IMG/VR virus record: IMGVR_UViG_3300041964_000148
DNA: 64,000 nucleotides
Source of the DNA: a virus
Lineage: Duplodnaviria > Caudoviricetes
Strand: one strand, 5' to 3'
Part shown: positions 63,558 to 64,000 of the stretch, in pieces
Position numbering within the stretch: position 1 is the stretch's first letter
Layout of the letters: each line of letters begins with the position of its first letter
Program-made: the position numbers and the translations under genes
The notes under the pieces: generated by a model
Told to the model about the DNA's origin: nothing
Databases searched by the model: none
Seen by the model: the letters and a program-made list of their open reading frames with translations, nothing else

Positions 63558-64000
63558 ATGCTGGGTAAGGAGCTAGAGGCACGGGCTGATTCCCTTGATC
63601 CTGAAAAATATCGGCAACTCAAGGAGCATTTAATAGCCCTAGCTGCCGTAGCTGGAATTGGCATAGTTACCTTTACAGGAAGTTATGCCAACGATAAATC
63701 TCTGGGGGATTTTCGAGGGGCAAGTTTAAATTCCGCCCCAAAAGTAGAACACGTCCATTCATATAGACCCAGTACAGCCAATACTCAGCCTGTATCTAGG
63801 GTAAGTACAGGTAATACCAGCACTGAACAAGGACTAAACCTAAACCAAGACCAAAAAATTACTGCCCTAATGCGTGCCATTATTGGGCAGGAGAGCGCTG
63901 GAAAATTCAATGCCACTAATCGGCATTCTGGTGCCCTTGGGTATGGTCAAGTTATGCCAGAGAATGTCCCCTCCTGGACTCAGGAAGCCTTGGGATATCC
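63558..64000 (+). CDS. lytic transglycosylase (SLT-like), runs off the window
   Basis: Manual translation: TM segment, then AIIGQESAGKFNATN..SGALGYGQVMPENVPSW. Confidence 0.8.
   Translation, partial: MLGKELEARADSLDPEKYRQLKEHLIALAAVAGIGIVTFTGSYANDKSLGDFRGASLNSAPKVEHVHSYRPSTANTQPVSRVSTGNTSTEQGLNLNQDQKITALMRAIIGQESAGKFNATNRHSGALGYGQVMPENVPSWTQEALGY

Noticed and set aside
1-64000. HIP1 (GCGATCGC) abundance as a novel repeat
   Set aside because: A well-known cyanobacterial feature; used only as host evidence

Overview
64 kb of a large cyanobacterial phage or phage-plasmid. The HIP1 octamer GCGATCGC is abundant. Virion and lysis genes (gp5/VgrG-like spike, baseplate/tail proteins, endolysin and holin) are scattered among replication genes (initiator, SF2 helicase, RNase HII), a ParM-like partition gene, regulators (sigma-70, XRE, WYL) and DNA-modification genes (three C5 methyltransferases, one DpdA/TGT-like). 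Three non-autonomous IS200/IS605 tnpB elements sit at gene 3' ends. The main discovery is a minus-strand operon at about 39.2-46.1 kb. Eight consecutive intergenic spacers each hold a GC-rich hairpin followed by a predicted self-cleaving ribozyme (five twister, three minimal HDV-like), usually followed by a GCAAAAC-type leader before the next start codon. This suggests a polycistronic mRNA that cuts itself into end-protected, mostly single-gene units, next to a WYL regulator. Other notable signals are an 11-copy dispersed palindrome (CACGG-AGAA-CCGTG), two tandem dual-frame (alpha/beta) methyltransferases, a methyltransferase with repeated TRD-like units, an orphan MazE-tail antitoxin mimic, and an unassigned ~168-nt structured RNA candidate. 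All calls come from reading motifs by eye; no searches were run.
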